This document shows, in pieces, positions 46,810 through 57,377 of a stretch of DNA of 64,000 nucleotides. Position numbers and translations under genes: made by a program. Location of the stretch: assembly GCA_945867235.1 (NCBI GenBank), contig CAMBHS010000001.1, positions 3,839 through 67,838 on the forward strand, given 5' to 3'. Position 1 is the first letter of the stretch. Every line of letters begins with the position of its first letter. This DNA comes from Akkermansia muciniphila (lineage in GTDB: Bacteria; Verrucomicrobiota; Verrucomicrobiia; Limisphaerales; SXQI01). The notes beneath the pieces were generated by a model. It searched no databases. It saw nothing but the letters and a program-made list of their open reading frames with translations, and was not told the origin of the DNA.

Positions 46810-47688
46810 ATGCCGAGCACACGCGACATACGCCGCCGGATTAAGTCGGTCAAGAACACCGCCCAAATCACTAAGGCGATGCAGATGGTGGCTGCTTCCA
46901 AAATGCGGAAGGCCCAGCAGGCTGCGTTGTCAGGACGTCCGTACGTCGTTCTCATGAATTCCGTGCTGGGTCAGGTTTCTGCACAGGCGGGAGATTTTAG
47001 CCACCCACTGATCGAAAAACGCACGATTAAAAAACGCGCGCTGATTGTTATTTCAAGCGACAAGGGATTAGCAGGTGCGTTGAACAGCAATCTTCTTCGC
47101 GAGGTCGCAAAAACCGATCCAAACACCACGGTTTACATCGCTGCGGGGCGCAAAGGAGCACAGTTTTTAAGCAGAACAAAGCGCAATTTGGCGGGTGAAT
47201 TTACCTATAAAGATGCACCCCAATTCAGCGAAGCTAGGGCTATTTCGAAATTTGCACAGGATTTGTTTCTAAAGGGAGATGTGGATCAGGTTGACATTGC
47301 TTTCACCAACTACATCAACACGTTGACCCAGAAACCTGAGACGCGCACCTTGATGCCGATCGGTGAGATTAAAGCGTTGGATGCCGATCTTCAAAGCGAC
47401 AACGCCGATTCGAAGTTATCTACTAGTTCCGTGGAGTATCTCTTTGAACCGAGCGCAAGTTCTGTTTTAGGAGCGTTGTTGCCGCATTATTTGAATTATC
47501 AAGTTTACCAAGTGCTGTTGGAAGCCAAAGCGTCTGAACATAGTGCTCGGATGGTTGCCATGAAAAACGCGACCGATAACGCGAAGCAGTTGATCAAAGA
47601 TTTGACCTTGGATTATAACAAAATTCGACAGGCTTCTATAACCAAGGAATTGCTGGAAATCACGAGTGCCGCCATGTCGATGGGTTAA
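46810..47688 (+). CDS. atpG: F0F1 ATP synthase subunit gamma
   Basis: N-terminal IRRRIKSVKNTAQITKAMQMVAASKMRKAQ and C-terminal ITKELLEITSAA. Confidence 0.95.
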   Translation: MPSTRDIRRRIKSVKNTAQITKAMQMVAASKMRKAQQAALSGRPYVVLMNSVLGQVSAQAGDFSHPLIEKRTIKKRALIVISSDKGLAGALNSNLLREVAKTDPNTTVYIAAGRKGAQFLSRTKRNLAGEFTYKDAPQFSEARAISKFAQDLFLKGDVDQVDIAFTNYINTLTQKPETRTLMPIGEIKALDADLQSDNADSKLSTSSVEYLFEPSASSVLGALLPHYLNYQVYQVLLEAKASEHSARMVAMKNATDNAKQLIKDLTLDYNKIRQASITKELLEITSAAMSMG

Positions 47689-47727
47689 GTAGCGAATCAT
47701 AGTTTTTGAAAGAATCGTAAATCATAG

Positions 47728-49167
<1,440 letters not shown>

Positions 49168-49194
49168 TCTCGGTAAGCAGTCTTTTTAATTGTC

Positions 49195-49605
49195 ATGTCC
49201 AAAACTTTGCGACTTGAAATCGTGACTCCAGAGGCGAAGACCTATTCGGAGGATGTCGATATGGTTACGTTGCCAGGAGTCCAAGGGGAAATGGGCATCT
49301 ACCCGATGCATGTCCCATTAATGACCCAGGTGGCTGCCGGAGAGATCGCCGTTCGCAAAGATGGCAAGAATCACTTTTTAGCGATCGGCGAGGGATTCGT
49401 TGAAATTACTGGCGATCATGTTTCAATCATGACAGATATGGCAATCAAGGCCGATGATATCGATGAGGCAAAGGCCGAAGAAGCCCGTCAACGTGCAGTG
49501 GATCGATTACAACAAAAGTTAACGGACGAAGAGGTGGCCAGTGTTAACGCCGCTCTCTTGCATTCGCTGACTCAATTAAATGTGAAGCGTCGGCGCAGGG
49601 TTTGA
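49195..49605 (+). CDS. atpC: F0F1 ATP synthase subunit epsilon
   Basis: LRLEIVTPE...LPGVQGEMGIYPMHVPL beta-sandwich plus a C-terminal helical hairpin. It is the last gene of the operon. Confidence 0.9.
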   Translation: MSKTLRLEIVTPEAKTYSEDVDMVTLPGVQGEMGIYPMHVPLMTQVAAGEIAVRKDGKNHFLAIGEGFVEITGDHVSIMTDMAIKADDIDEAKAEEARQRAVDRLQQKLTDEEVASVNAALLHSLTQLNVKRRRRV

Positions 49606-49623
49606 AAACAACTTTTTCACAAG

Positions 49624-49655
49624 AAGGACGCGCTCAATGTGCGTCCTTTTTTGTT
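49624..49655 (+). terminator. Rho-independent terminator of the atp operon
   Basis: aaggacgc-gctcaatgt-gcgtcctt is an 8-bp GC-rich stem (49624-49648). It is followed directly by ttttgtttatttttt, 19 nt after the atpC stop. Confidence 0.8.
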
Positions 49656-49734
49656 TATTTTTTCTAATGTAAAGTAAGGAAGCTATGTTAAATCCATACT
49701 GGTCTGTTAATCCGCACTTGGCTAATTTTCGATC

Positions 49735-50676
49735 ATGATCAAGTTGCCTCAACCCCAAGTAATTCTCACTCATGAGAGTGATTTGGACGGTTTAGTTTCT
49801 GGATTGCTGTTGCAGCGACTGGCAGAAAAAATTCACGGTGCGAAGCCTCCTTTGGAAGCGTATCACAATCACAACTGGAAGCAGCGTGGGTTGCCGGAAA
49901 AGTCCGCTTGGGTTTCGGATTTCAATTTCGAACCGAGATTGGATCGTCCAAACTGGGTCATATTCGATCATCACGCAAAGGAGGGAACCCCGACCAAGGC
50001 TCAACTGGTCCATGATTCATCTCTTTCTGCAGGGGCGATCGTCTATGCTCTGGGCGCTGAGGTCGGATTAGCAACGCAAGCATTGGATCGCCTCGTGCAT
50101 TTGAGTAACGTGGCGGATTTATTTCTCGATGAAGATCCAGATTTTGCGCTAGCTCTTGATTATGCGAGTCTTGTTAAATCTTACGGGTTTTGGACTATTC
50201 ATGAACTTTGTGCTGGAGACTTGGAAAGGCTAATTGATCATCCATTGCTGGAAGTGATGTTGGTTAAAAGAAGGGTGGAAGATCCGATCGGGTTTGAGTG
50301 GAGTCGCAAGCAGATAAAAGAAATCTCACCCACAGTTGGATTTGTAAACACCATCGTGGGGAACACAAATCTCATCGTGCATCAACTTCTTGAAAGTCAA
50401 ACAACCCCCTACAAGGTTTTATTGACCCTCTATAGGAAGAGCGCGAGTACGATGGTCGTGAGCCTTCGCAGTCGTGAAGGTGAAGCATTATCCCTCGCAG
50501 AGAAGCTGAATGGTGGAGGCCATCCGAACGCAGCTGGTGCTACCTTGCCTAAATCAGTGCAGAACGCCACCGATGCCGTCGTTTACCTGCAGCAGCTATT
50601 GAATCCCAAGGTAACAGTGCCACCTCCCTCCATAAACTCCCTCGAAAGCGCCTTCTCCGGCCTTGATTTATCTTAA
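49735..50676 (+). CDS. DHH/DHHA1-family phosphoesterase (NrnA-like)
   Basis: Motif [12 protein letters not shown], the DHH motif in VIFDHH, and DHHA1 motif GGGHPNAAG. Confidence 0.75.
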   Translation: MIKLPQPQVILTHESDLDGLVSGLLLQRLAEKIHGAKPPLEAYHNHNWKQRGLPEKSAWVSDFNFEPRLDRPNWVIFDHHAKEGTPTKAQLVHDSSLSAGAIVYALGAEVGLATQALDRLVHLSNVADLFLDEDPDFALALDYASLVKSYGFWTIHELCAGDLERLIDHPLLEVMLVKRRVEDPIGFEWSRKQIKEISPTVGFVNTIVGNTNLIVHQLLESQTTPYKVLLTLYRKSASTMVVSLRSREGEALSLAEKLNGGGHPNAAGATLPKSVQNATDAVVYLQQLLNPKVTVPPPSINSLESAFSGLDLS

Positions 50677-50687
50677 TTATTCCTAAC

Positions 50688-51422
50688 ATGAGTTCACAAT
50701 TACTCCGAAATGATGGACGAAAACCGGATCAAATGCGGTCCATTCGATTTCAGAACCATATCGCTCCCCACGCTACGGGTTCGACTTTAATCGAGTGGGG
50801 TAACACACGGGTCATCTGTGCGGTGACGGTGGAGGAGAAAGTTCCGCGATGGATGAAAGAGCAAGGAGTGACCGGAGGGTGGATCACTGCTGAGTATTCC
50901 ATGCTGCCCTATTCCACATTGACGCGAAAAGAACGGGATATTTCAAAGGGGAAAATTGATGGTCGATCTCAGGAAATCCAAAGACTAATTGGAAGATCGA
51001 TGCGCAGTGCGGTGGATTTAGAGAAACTCGGTTCACGCACCGTATGTATCGATTGCGATGTGCTACAGGCTGACGGTGGAACCAGAACGGCCGCCATCAC
51101 AGGAAGCGCTGTCGCCTTGCATTTGGCGATTCAGAAGTTAATCAAAAGCGGATTATTATCCCAAAGCCCCATAAAAAACTCGGTTGCTGCCGTGAGCGTT
51201 GGGATTTTTGAGGGACGTGCACTATTGGATCTGTGTTATACAGAGGATGTAGGTGCTGCCGTGGATATGAATCTCGTGATGACCGGTTCAGGCGAATTCA
51301 TTGAACTCCAGGGGACAGGCGAGGAGTCCACTTTTGATGGGGATCAATTGGCATCGATGTTGGCGTTGGGAAAGGCCGGCATTAAAAGCCTTATAGAACA
51401 ACAGAATCAAGCCGTAGGTTGA
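50688..51422 (+). CDS. rph: ribonuclease PH
   Basis: [15 protein letters not shown]...[16 protein letters not shown], phosphate-binding [18 protein letters not shown]. Confidence 0.95.
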   Translation: MSSQLLRNDGRKPDQMRSIRFQNHIAPHATGSTLIEWGNTRVICAVTVEEKVPRWMKEQGVTGGWITAEYSMLPYSTLTRKERDISKGKIDGRSQEIQRLIGRSMRSAVDLEKLGSRTVCIDCDVLQADGGTRTAAITGSAVALHLAIQKLIKSGLLSQSPIKNSVAAVSVGIFEGRALLDLCYTEDVGAAVDMNLVMTGSGEFIELQGTGEESTFDGDQLASMLALGKAGIKSLIEQQNQAVG

Positions 51423-51428
51423 GCAAGT

Positions 51429-52073
51429 ATGGAGATTGTCACTCGTTTGATTCTTGTCCGCCATGGTGAAGTTGAGGAACGGTATCACCGTATTTTCGGA
51501 GGCAGCCAAATCGATATGGAACTTTCACCTCGTGGCCACGAGCAAGTGAAAGCCTTGGCGGATTACCTCTCCTTAACACCCCCTGAGATTATTTATTCCA
51601 GTCCTATGCGGCGGGTGCAGCAAACATTAGCTCCGCTCGCAGCAAAGGCAGGTTTGGTTCCAGTGATTATCCCTAGTATCCGAGAGGTTGATTTTGGAAC
51701 ATGGACCGGCTTAAATTGGGATCAGGTTCAGGAACGCTATAACAAGAGTGCGTTTGATTGGCTTGAGTTACTGGAAACCGGAGGAATTGCTGAGGCTGAA
51801 TCCACGCTGGTGTTTCGTGAGCGCGTAGAACAGAGCCTGCAACAGATATTACGCGAGTCTTCCGGTAAAACCGTAGCGGTGATCTGTCATGGAGGGGTGA
51901 TCCGTATGATGCTTTCGATCCTACTCGAATTACCATTTCGTCGGATGAATTTATTTGAGGTGGAATACGCCAGCTTGACGCGTGTCAATCATCGACCCTT
52001 AAAAACCGAGATCGAATTGCATAATTACACTCCGTGGCGGGACGGGGTTTCTGCGAATGGTCGATCCATTTAA
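51429..52073 (+). CDS. histidine phosphatase family protein (phosphoglycerate-mutase-like)
   Basis: LILVRHGE is the catalytic RHG motif, and the second His lies in VAVICHGGVIR. Confidence 0.8.
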   Translation: MEIVTRLILVRHGEVEERYHRIFGGSQIDMELSPRGHEQVKALADYLSLTPPEIIYSSPMRRVQQTLAPLAAKAGLVPVIIPSIREVDFGTWTGLNWDQVQERYNKSAFDWLELLETGGIAEAESTLVFRERVEQSLQQILRESSGKTVAVICHGGVIRMMLSILLELPFRRMNLFEVEYASLTRVNHRPLKTEIELHNYTPWRDGVSANGRSI

Positions 52074-52075
52074 TT

Positions 52076-52978
52076 ATGGCCAAAGTTGCATCTATATCTC
52101 AGATCTCAGTCACCACCACCCAGGAGGCGGAGGATGCTGTAGCCCAAATACTGGAACGAGTTATGGGTCAGCCGCCGGCAATCTACACGAATGAAGATAC
52201 GAGATTATCGATCGTTACGGGCTATTCTAAAAAATCACCAAAACTTTTAACGCAGTGCCACGACGATGTAATCAAGGAAGTGGAATATTTGAGATCCTGC
52301 GGATTGGTGGTTGGTGAAGGTGCGGTAATACTTCGAAAAGTGCCACGCGAGGATTGGGCGGAGTCTTGGAAAAAATATTTTAAAGCGATCGAAATTGAGA
52401 CCGCGCTTTTGGTCAAGCCAAGTTGGTGTCGCCAGAAAGCCAAACCTAAGCAATCGGTGGTAATTCTTGATCCGGGATTGAGTTTTGGAACAGGACAGCA
52501 TCCTACCACCCATTTTTGTTTGACCCAGATCGTGGCATTAAGGAAAAATGGAGATTCCTTTTTGGACATGGGAACAGGAACAGGAATCCTAGCCATCGCT
52601 GCCACCAAACTCGGTTACAAGCCCGTGAAGGGTTTTGATTACGATCCCGTTGCCGTTCGGATTGCCAAGGAGAATGCACTTCGTAACAGGGTGGGAGATC
52701 GCCTGAGTTTTACTCGTCAGGACATCACCAAACCGCGGTCGCCTACTTTACGACGAGTCGATTTAATCTGTGCAAACCTGATGGCAGATCTTTTGATCTC
52801 TCAAGCCAAGACTATTCTGAACCGCCTGAAACCAGGTGGGAAAATTGTTTTGGCAGGTATTTTAGTGACCCAGTTTGCCACGGTGCGGAAGGTATTTGAG
52901 GAATTAGGCTGTCGCCTCATCGTCACCCATGCAGAAAATGAATGGCAATCAGGGTTATTCCAAATGCATGCTTCCTGA
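52076..52978 (+). CDS. prmA: ribosomal protein L11 methyltransferase
   Basis: From the ATG at 52076. It has ILDPGLSFGTGQHPTT and the SAM motif FLDMGTGTGILAIAA. The upstream extension in the track overlaps the previous gene. Confidence 0.85.
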   Translation: MAKVASISQISVTTTQEAEDAVAQILERVMGQPPAIYTNEDTRLSIVTGYSKKSPKLLTQCHDDVIKEVEYLRSCGLVVGEGAVILRKVPREDWAESWKKYFKAIEIETALLVKPSWCRQKAKPKQSVVILDPGLSFGTGQHPTTHFCLTQIVALRKNGDSFLDMGTGTGILAIAATKLGYKPVKGFDYDPVAVRIAKENALRNRVGDRLSFTRQDITKPRSPTLRRVDLICANLMADLLISQAKTILNRLKPGGKIVLAGILVTQFATVRKVFEELGCRLIVTHAENEWQSGLFQMHAS

Positions 52979-53146
52979 TCCAACGGTTCGATAAACTGTC
53001 ACAGGAATTGAACAATTCATTGTTTGGGTGGTCAAATCATCAATAACCAACGATGAGTGCGACAATGATGAGGAACTCAGAAAAGCCCGCATGCTTTGTG
53101 TGGCTCGGGAATCCTTACGTGTGGCAACTTGAAAGGTTTAAAAACA

Positions 53147-53311
53147 ATGATAAAGACACTGGATCGTATTGTTGAAGCCATTCTTAGCACAAAACATCCA
53201 TTCCGTGGGGTGGTCGATCGCCCCGGAAAACACCTAAAAAGTCGATACGAACGAAGAAAAGTTAAGCAGTATTTGCATCTCGATTTGTGGGAACCGAACC
53301 CCCAAAGTTAA
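53147..53311 (+). CDS. small basic hypothetical protein (54 aa)
   Basis: MIKTLDRIVEAILSTKHPFRGVVDRPGKHLKSRYERRKVKQYLHLDLWEPNPQS. It is the only sizeable ORF in the 428-nt convergent gap. No family was recognised and no clear RBS is present. Confidence 0.25.
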   Translation: MIKTLDRIVEAILSTKHPFRGVVDRPGKHLKSRYERRKVKQYLHLDLWEPNPQS

Positions 53312-53406
53312 GTCGATTCCCCAAGGTTAATTCACGTCAATCCGTTTAAATCCGCGTCCCTCGAAAGCGTGGTTTGCTGGACTCTTCGTCCCGATTAGGG
53401 GAGGGA

Positions 53407-54444
53407 TTATTTGATAGGTTTGACGAGACCCCTCTCCATATTCCTTTTATAGGATTGGATGCCATCCACAATGGCTCGTGCGAGTTTTTTGCGTGTGGAG
53501 AGATCGAACACCTTCTTTGCGTCCTCAAGATTTGACATGAAACCCGCTTCCACAAGAACCCCAGGCATAGAAGCCTTACGCAATACTTCAAAACCAGCAC
53601 GCCGAACGCCCCGATCATTCATGTCCAAGCTTCGCACGAGGGATTTGTGGATTTCATAAGCAAGGATGATGTTTTGATCGTCAAATTTGTTCGAAGGTTC
53701 AGGTTTTTCACGAGGTCCTCCTCCATTTGTTGAAGCGGTTCCCATCGGTGTGGCACAGTAAGTCTCCACCCCTTTGGCCTCCGTATTATTGACGGCGCAA
53801 TTATGATGGAGACTGATGAACAAATCCGCACCTGCCTTCCGAGCCAATAGCGGTCGATCTACAAGTTCGATAAAGCGATCGTCATAGCGTGTAAATACAA
53901 CTTTGAATCCGTCTGCGGTGAGTAAATCACGCACTTCCATCGCGAGCAGTAAATTGTATGTTTTTTCGGAGCGCGAGCCGAGCGTGAATCCAGGATCTTT
54001 GCCTCCGTGTCCGGGATCAATTGCGATCATGCGGATGGGACGTGGAGGGTTGGGTTTTCGAGGGAAAAGCAAGGCTTCCAAGACATTTCTCAAATCGCGT
54101 TGGGCAATAACGATGCGATTTCTGTGGATGCTGATTCCGTAGGAAAGCCAGAGATTGATCCCATTGACGGTCACGCTTCGTGAATCGACGTTCAATTCAG
54201 AATTACCCCAACGCGCCTTGAGTTTGACATTGGTTTTCTTGGAATTCAAAATCATTTCCATCCCGTGTAACTGCGCCCAAGAGTCGAGGTAGAGGTGGGG
54301 AATTCCATTAATCCGTGGATTTGCGCTATTGGGATCGAGCTTTATAGTTTTTGCGAAACTGGATGATAGCGGTGCTATCCAAAGCACGACCAGCACCAAT
54401 ACACAGCAACTTCGACCTAATTTACGCGATAGAAAAACAGGCAT
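53407..54444 (-). CDS. N-acetylmuramoyl-L-alanine amidase (Amidase_3, AmiC-like)
   Basis: From the ATG at 54444 with a signal peptide (VLVLVVLWIAPLSSSFA). Catalytic blocks are IAIDPGHGGKDPG, DLFISLHHN and VLVEAGFMSN. Confidence 0.85.
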   Translation of the reverse strand: MPVFLSRKLGRSCCVLVLVVLWIAPLSSSFAKTIKLDPNSANPRINGIPHLYLDSWAQLHGMEMILNSKKTNVKLKARWGNSELNVDSRSVTVNGINLWLSYGISIHRNRIVIAQRDLRNVLEALLFPRKPNPPRPIRMIAIDPGHGGKDPGFTLGSRSEKTYNLLLAMEVRDLLTADGFKVVFTRYDDRFIELVDRPLLARKAGADLFISLHHNCAVNNTEAKGVETYCATPMGTASTNGGGPREKPEPSNKFDDQNIILAYEIHKSLVRSLDMNDRGVRRAGFEVLRKASMPGVLVEAGFMSNLEDAKKVFDLSTRKKLARAIVDGIQSYKRNMERGLVKPIK

Positions 54445-54541
54445 AGAATCAAGGAAATCGAAGACTAAGGCAGGCAAAGGAACGGTTCAAAACATTTTGC
54501 AATTTTCGTGCATCATGATGTACTGCAAGCGCAAAAGAAAT

Positions 54542-54916
54542 ATGACAAAACCGTTGGCGTTGGTGTTTTATGAACGGCTGCTTTTAGGGCGCCAGTTGGT
54601 TAATCGATTGGTTGATATTGGATACAGGGTAAACAGTATATCGGATTTAAAATCATTGGAGTCAATAGTCCTCAAAGAACAACCACTCGTCCTCCTCCTG
54701 GATTTACACACGGTGCAGGGGAGTGTTGCAAACGAAATTCGATCCATTAGAAACAACCAAGCAACAATGCATATTCCGATACTGGGATTTACAGGTAAGC
54801 AGGAGGAGAAGTTACATTCCCCTGCAGTAAAAGCGGGTGCCAATATGGTCGCCTTGGATGAAGCTATGTTGCGACAGTTGCCTCAGATGCTCGAACAATT
54901 ATTAAGGGTCGAATGA
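54542..54916 (+). CDS. receiver-like (CheY-fold) single-domain protein with a degenerate active site
   Basis: From the ATG at 54542: MTKPLALVFYERLLLG...PLVLLLDLH...IPILGFTG. The Asp at the phospho-acceptor position is kept. The N-terminal acidic pair is YE rather than DD, and the conserved Lys of beta5 is not evident (ANMVALDE). Confidence 0.5.
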   Translation: MTKPLALVFYERLLLGRQLVNRLVDIGYRVNSISDLKSLESIVLKEQPLVLLLDLHTVQGSVANEIRSIRNNQATMHIPILGFTGKQEEKLHSPAVKAGANMVALDEAMLRQLPQMLEQLLRVE

Positions 54917-56187
54917 TATCTCCTGTTACTAGTCTTAATCTTTTGCGTGGGGTGCCCTCAGGCGGCGATTTTCAAAAAATAATGCAGCCATCGAATCTAA
55001 AAGAGAGCGAAATTCGTTCTAACCTAGGCGCGGTGACAAGTCTCTATGTTCACGTTCCATTTTGTGCTCATAAATGCGACTACTGTGCGTTTTATTCGCA
55101 CCTTCCCGGAGGGGACGGCGTGGACCGTTATGTGCGAGCATTGACTGAGGAAATGCGGATGGTATCGGACCGGACACCGTTAAAAACTGTATTTTTCGGT
55201 GGGGGAACACCTTCGATTCTGAATCTACGACAATGGGAAAAAATATTCCACACGATGGATTCTGTCGGTTGGTTGGGTGCGGGAGAATGGACCGTGGAAT
55301 GCAATCCTGCAACGGTCTCGCTCGACAAAGCAAAACTCATGAAGGAATTTGGTGTAAACCGAATTTCCATGGGTGTGCAATCACTTGATGAGAAGCTACT
55401 CGATCGTTTGGGACGAATTCACAGTAGAGAAATGGTTTTCAAATCGTTTGATATTCTTCGCAAAGCAGGTTTTGAGAATATCAATCTTGATTTGATGTTC
55501 GCTATCCCTGGTCAATCGATGACGATGTGGGAAACAACGATGAATGAGGCCATGGCCATGCAGTCAGAACATCTGTCCTGTTATGAAGTCATTTATGAGG
55601 AGGACACGCCACTATTCGCGCAACTTCAGGCGGGTGAGATCGATGTTGATGAGGACATTGCTTGTGCGATGTATGATCGATTAGTCACCCGAGCCCAAGA
55701 ACAAGGCTTTGCACGTTATGAAACCGCCAATTTCGCTAAAACCAAGGACGATGCCGAGATTCCCAAAATGGCTTGTCGCCATAACGTGAATTATTGGCGA
55801 GGAGGGTTTTATTGGGCTTTGGGGCCGAGTGCGGCAGGATTCGAGCCACGGGTTCATGAGGAATGGGGTGTACGCACACGTAACTGGGCGAATACCACTA
55901 TGTATTGCGAACAAATTGAGAAAGGGCACCGCGCACTCGAACCGGTGGAATCTCTTTCTCAGATCCGACGAGCCGGGGAAATTGCTGCGTTTGGTTTACG
56001 GATGCCTGTAGGTTGGTCCTTCGCAGAGTTCAAAGGCGTGACGGGACTGGATCTGCGAGAAGGCTGGGAGGAGGAAATGAACTCCTTGGAGAATCGTGGT
56101 TGGGGTTCTCAGGAGAAGGAACGCTTCCGATTGACGCCGGAAGGTCTGCGCTTTGCCGATGCTGCGGGTGCGGAATTTCTTCGATAA
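54913..56187 (+). CDS. hemW: radical SAM heme chaperone HemW (HemN-like, oxygen-independent coproporphyrinogen oxidase family)
   Basis: LYVHVPFCAHKCDYCAFYS is the CxxxCxxC cluster, with FFGGGTPS and a HemN C-terminal domain. There is an ATGA overlap with the receiver-like gene. An N-terminal ~45-aa extension leaves the start uncertain. Confidence 0.8.
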   Translation: MISPVTSLNLLRGVPSGGDFQKIMQPSNLKESEIRSNLGAVTSLYVHVPFCAHKCDYCAFYSHLPGGDGVDRYVRALTEEMRMVSDRTPLKTVFFGGGTPSILNLRQWEKIFHTMDSVGWLGAGEWTVECNPATVSLDKAKLMKEFGVNRISMGVQSLDEKLLDRLGRIHSREMVFKSFDILRKAGFENINLDLMFAIPGQSMTMWETTMNEAMAMQSEHLSCYEVIYEEDTPLFAQLQAGEIDVDEDIACAMYDRLVTRAQEQGFARYETANFAKTKDDAEIPKMACRHNVNYWRGGFYWALGPSAAGFEPRVHEEWGVRTRNWANTTMYCEQIEKGHRALEPVESLSQIRRAGEIAAFGLRMPVGWSFAEFKGVTGLDLREGWEEEMNSLENRGWGSQEKERFRLTPEGLRFADAAGAEFLR

Positions 56188-56188
56188 A

Positions 56189-57256
56189 ATGAACTCTGCA
56201 GATCTAATCGAATTGATAAGACGATTGATGGAGTGTCCTGCTGCTCCTTATCACGAGTTTGCTGTCCGATCCGCGATTGAGTCAATCGCACAGGAGCATG
56301 GGCTCTGTCATGGCTTTGATCGATTTGGAAACTTGATCATTAAAACCGGAACCATAGGGCGTCCAATCGTATTGGCTGCTCACATGGATCACCCTGGATT
56401 TGTAATCAAGGATCGACTCGATGCCACTAGTTGGTCGGCTGAGTTCTTGGGTGGTGTCCCCGATAAATATTTTGTCCCTGGAATCCCGCTTCGAATTTTT
56501 CCCAATTCGATTGCATGTCGCTTAGGAGCGATCCTTGATCCAGAACGACGTGTTTACAAAATTGAAATCGGATCGGAAGTAAAGGAGGCGTCGTTTGCTG
56601 TTTGGGACTTGCCTTGTTTTACAGTGCGCGATTCTTTGATTTTGGGTCGTGCCTGTGACGACTTGATTGGAGTTGCCGCGGCATTAGCAACATTGATTGA
56701 GCTCAAAAGGCGAGATGTTACCCAGCAGGTTTACGCGGTGTTTACTCGGGCTGAAGAGGTTGGATTTGGTGGAGCCATTGCAGCAGCCAAGCACCGAATA
56801 ATACCGGACGATTCTTTTGTCATTTCCCTTGAAACGAGTCGTGAGTTGCCTCCAGTCACTATAGGGCAGGGGGTTATCGTCCGAATTGGGGACAAGGCAT
56901 CTGTCTTTGATAGCGCGGGGACGCGTTACCTAACGGAAATATCGTCGAAACTTTTGGCCGCTAACTCGGGATTTCAGTTTCAAAAAGCATTAATGTCCGG
57001 TGGCACTTGTGAAGCCACGGCTTATCAAGAATACGGATACACATCAGCTGCATTATGTGTCGCGTTGGGGAATTACCACAACTGCAGCTCCGAAAAAATT
57101 GACGAAGAATTCGTGCATCAGCACGATGTCGAAACCATGGTAAGTTTGCTCGTAGAAGCTTCGATTGAGTTTTCCAATTTTTCGTATTGGACTAATAAAT
57201 TACGCGTCCGGTTGGATGAACTCAGCCTACAAACTGAGCCGCGCCTGATTGTTTAA
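56189..57256 (+). CDS. divergent M42-like metallopeptidase/hydrolase
   Basis: From the ATG at 56189, 1 nt after the hemW stop. It has VLAAHMDHPGFVI, GRACDDLIGVAA and RAEEVGFGGA, which parallel the M42 metal-ligand blocks but diverge from the canonical paralog at 16060-17133. Confidence 0.55.
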   Translation: MNSADLIELIRRLMECPAAPYHEFAVRSAIESIAQEHGLCHGFDRFGNLIIKTGTIGRPIVLAAHMDHPGFVIKDRLDATSWSAEFLGGVPDKYFVPGIPLRIFPNSIACRLGAILDPERRVYKIEIGSEVKEASFAVWDLPCFTVRDSLILGRACDDLIGVAAALATLIELKRRDVTQQVYAVFTRAEEVGFGGAIAAAKHRIIPDDSFVISLETSRELPPVTIGQGVIVRIGDKASVFDSAGTRYLTEISSKLLAANSGFQFQKALMSGGTCEATAYQEYGYTSAALCVALGNYHNCSSEKIDEEFVHQHDVETMVSLLVEASIEFSNFSYWTNKLRVRLDELSLQTEPRLIV

Positions 57257-57377
57257 TGAATGTGTGCCAATTAGGTGCATTAGTTTCAGGGTAGATGACT
57301 TCTATGGTTTGGAGAGTGATTGGGAAACGCATTGTGTAAGCCTTTCCCATGCACATTATGGGTAGCCAATAATAAAA

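Noticed and set aside
53053-53146. Short ORF (MSATMMRNSEKPACFVWLGNPYVWQLERFKNN…) and the TTG-extended version of the 53096 ORF
   Set aside because: There is no conservation evidence, and it is short and overlaps alternative frames. Only the ATG-initiated 54-aa ORF at 53147 was kept, and that at low confidence.
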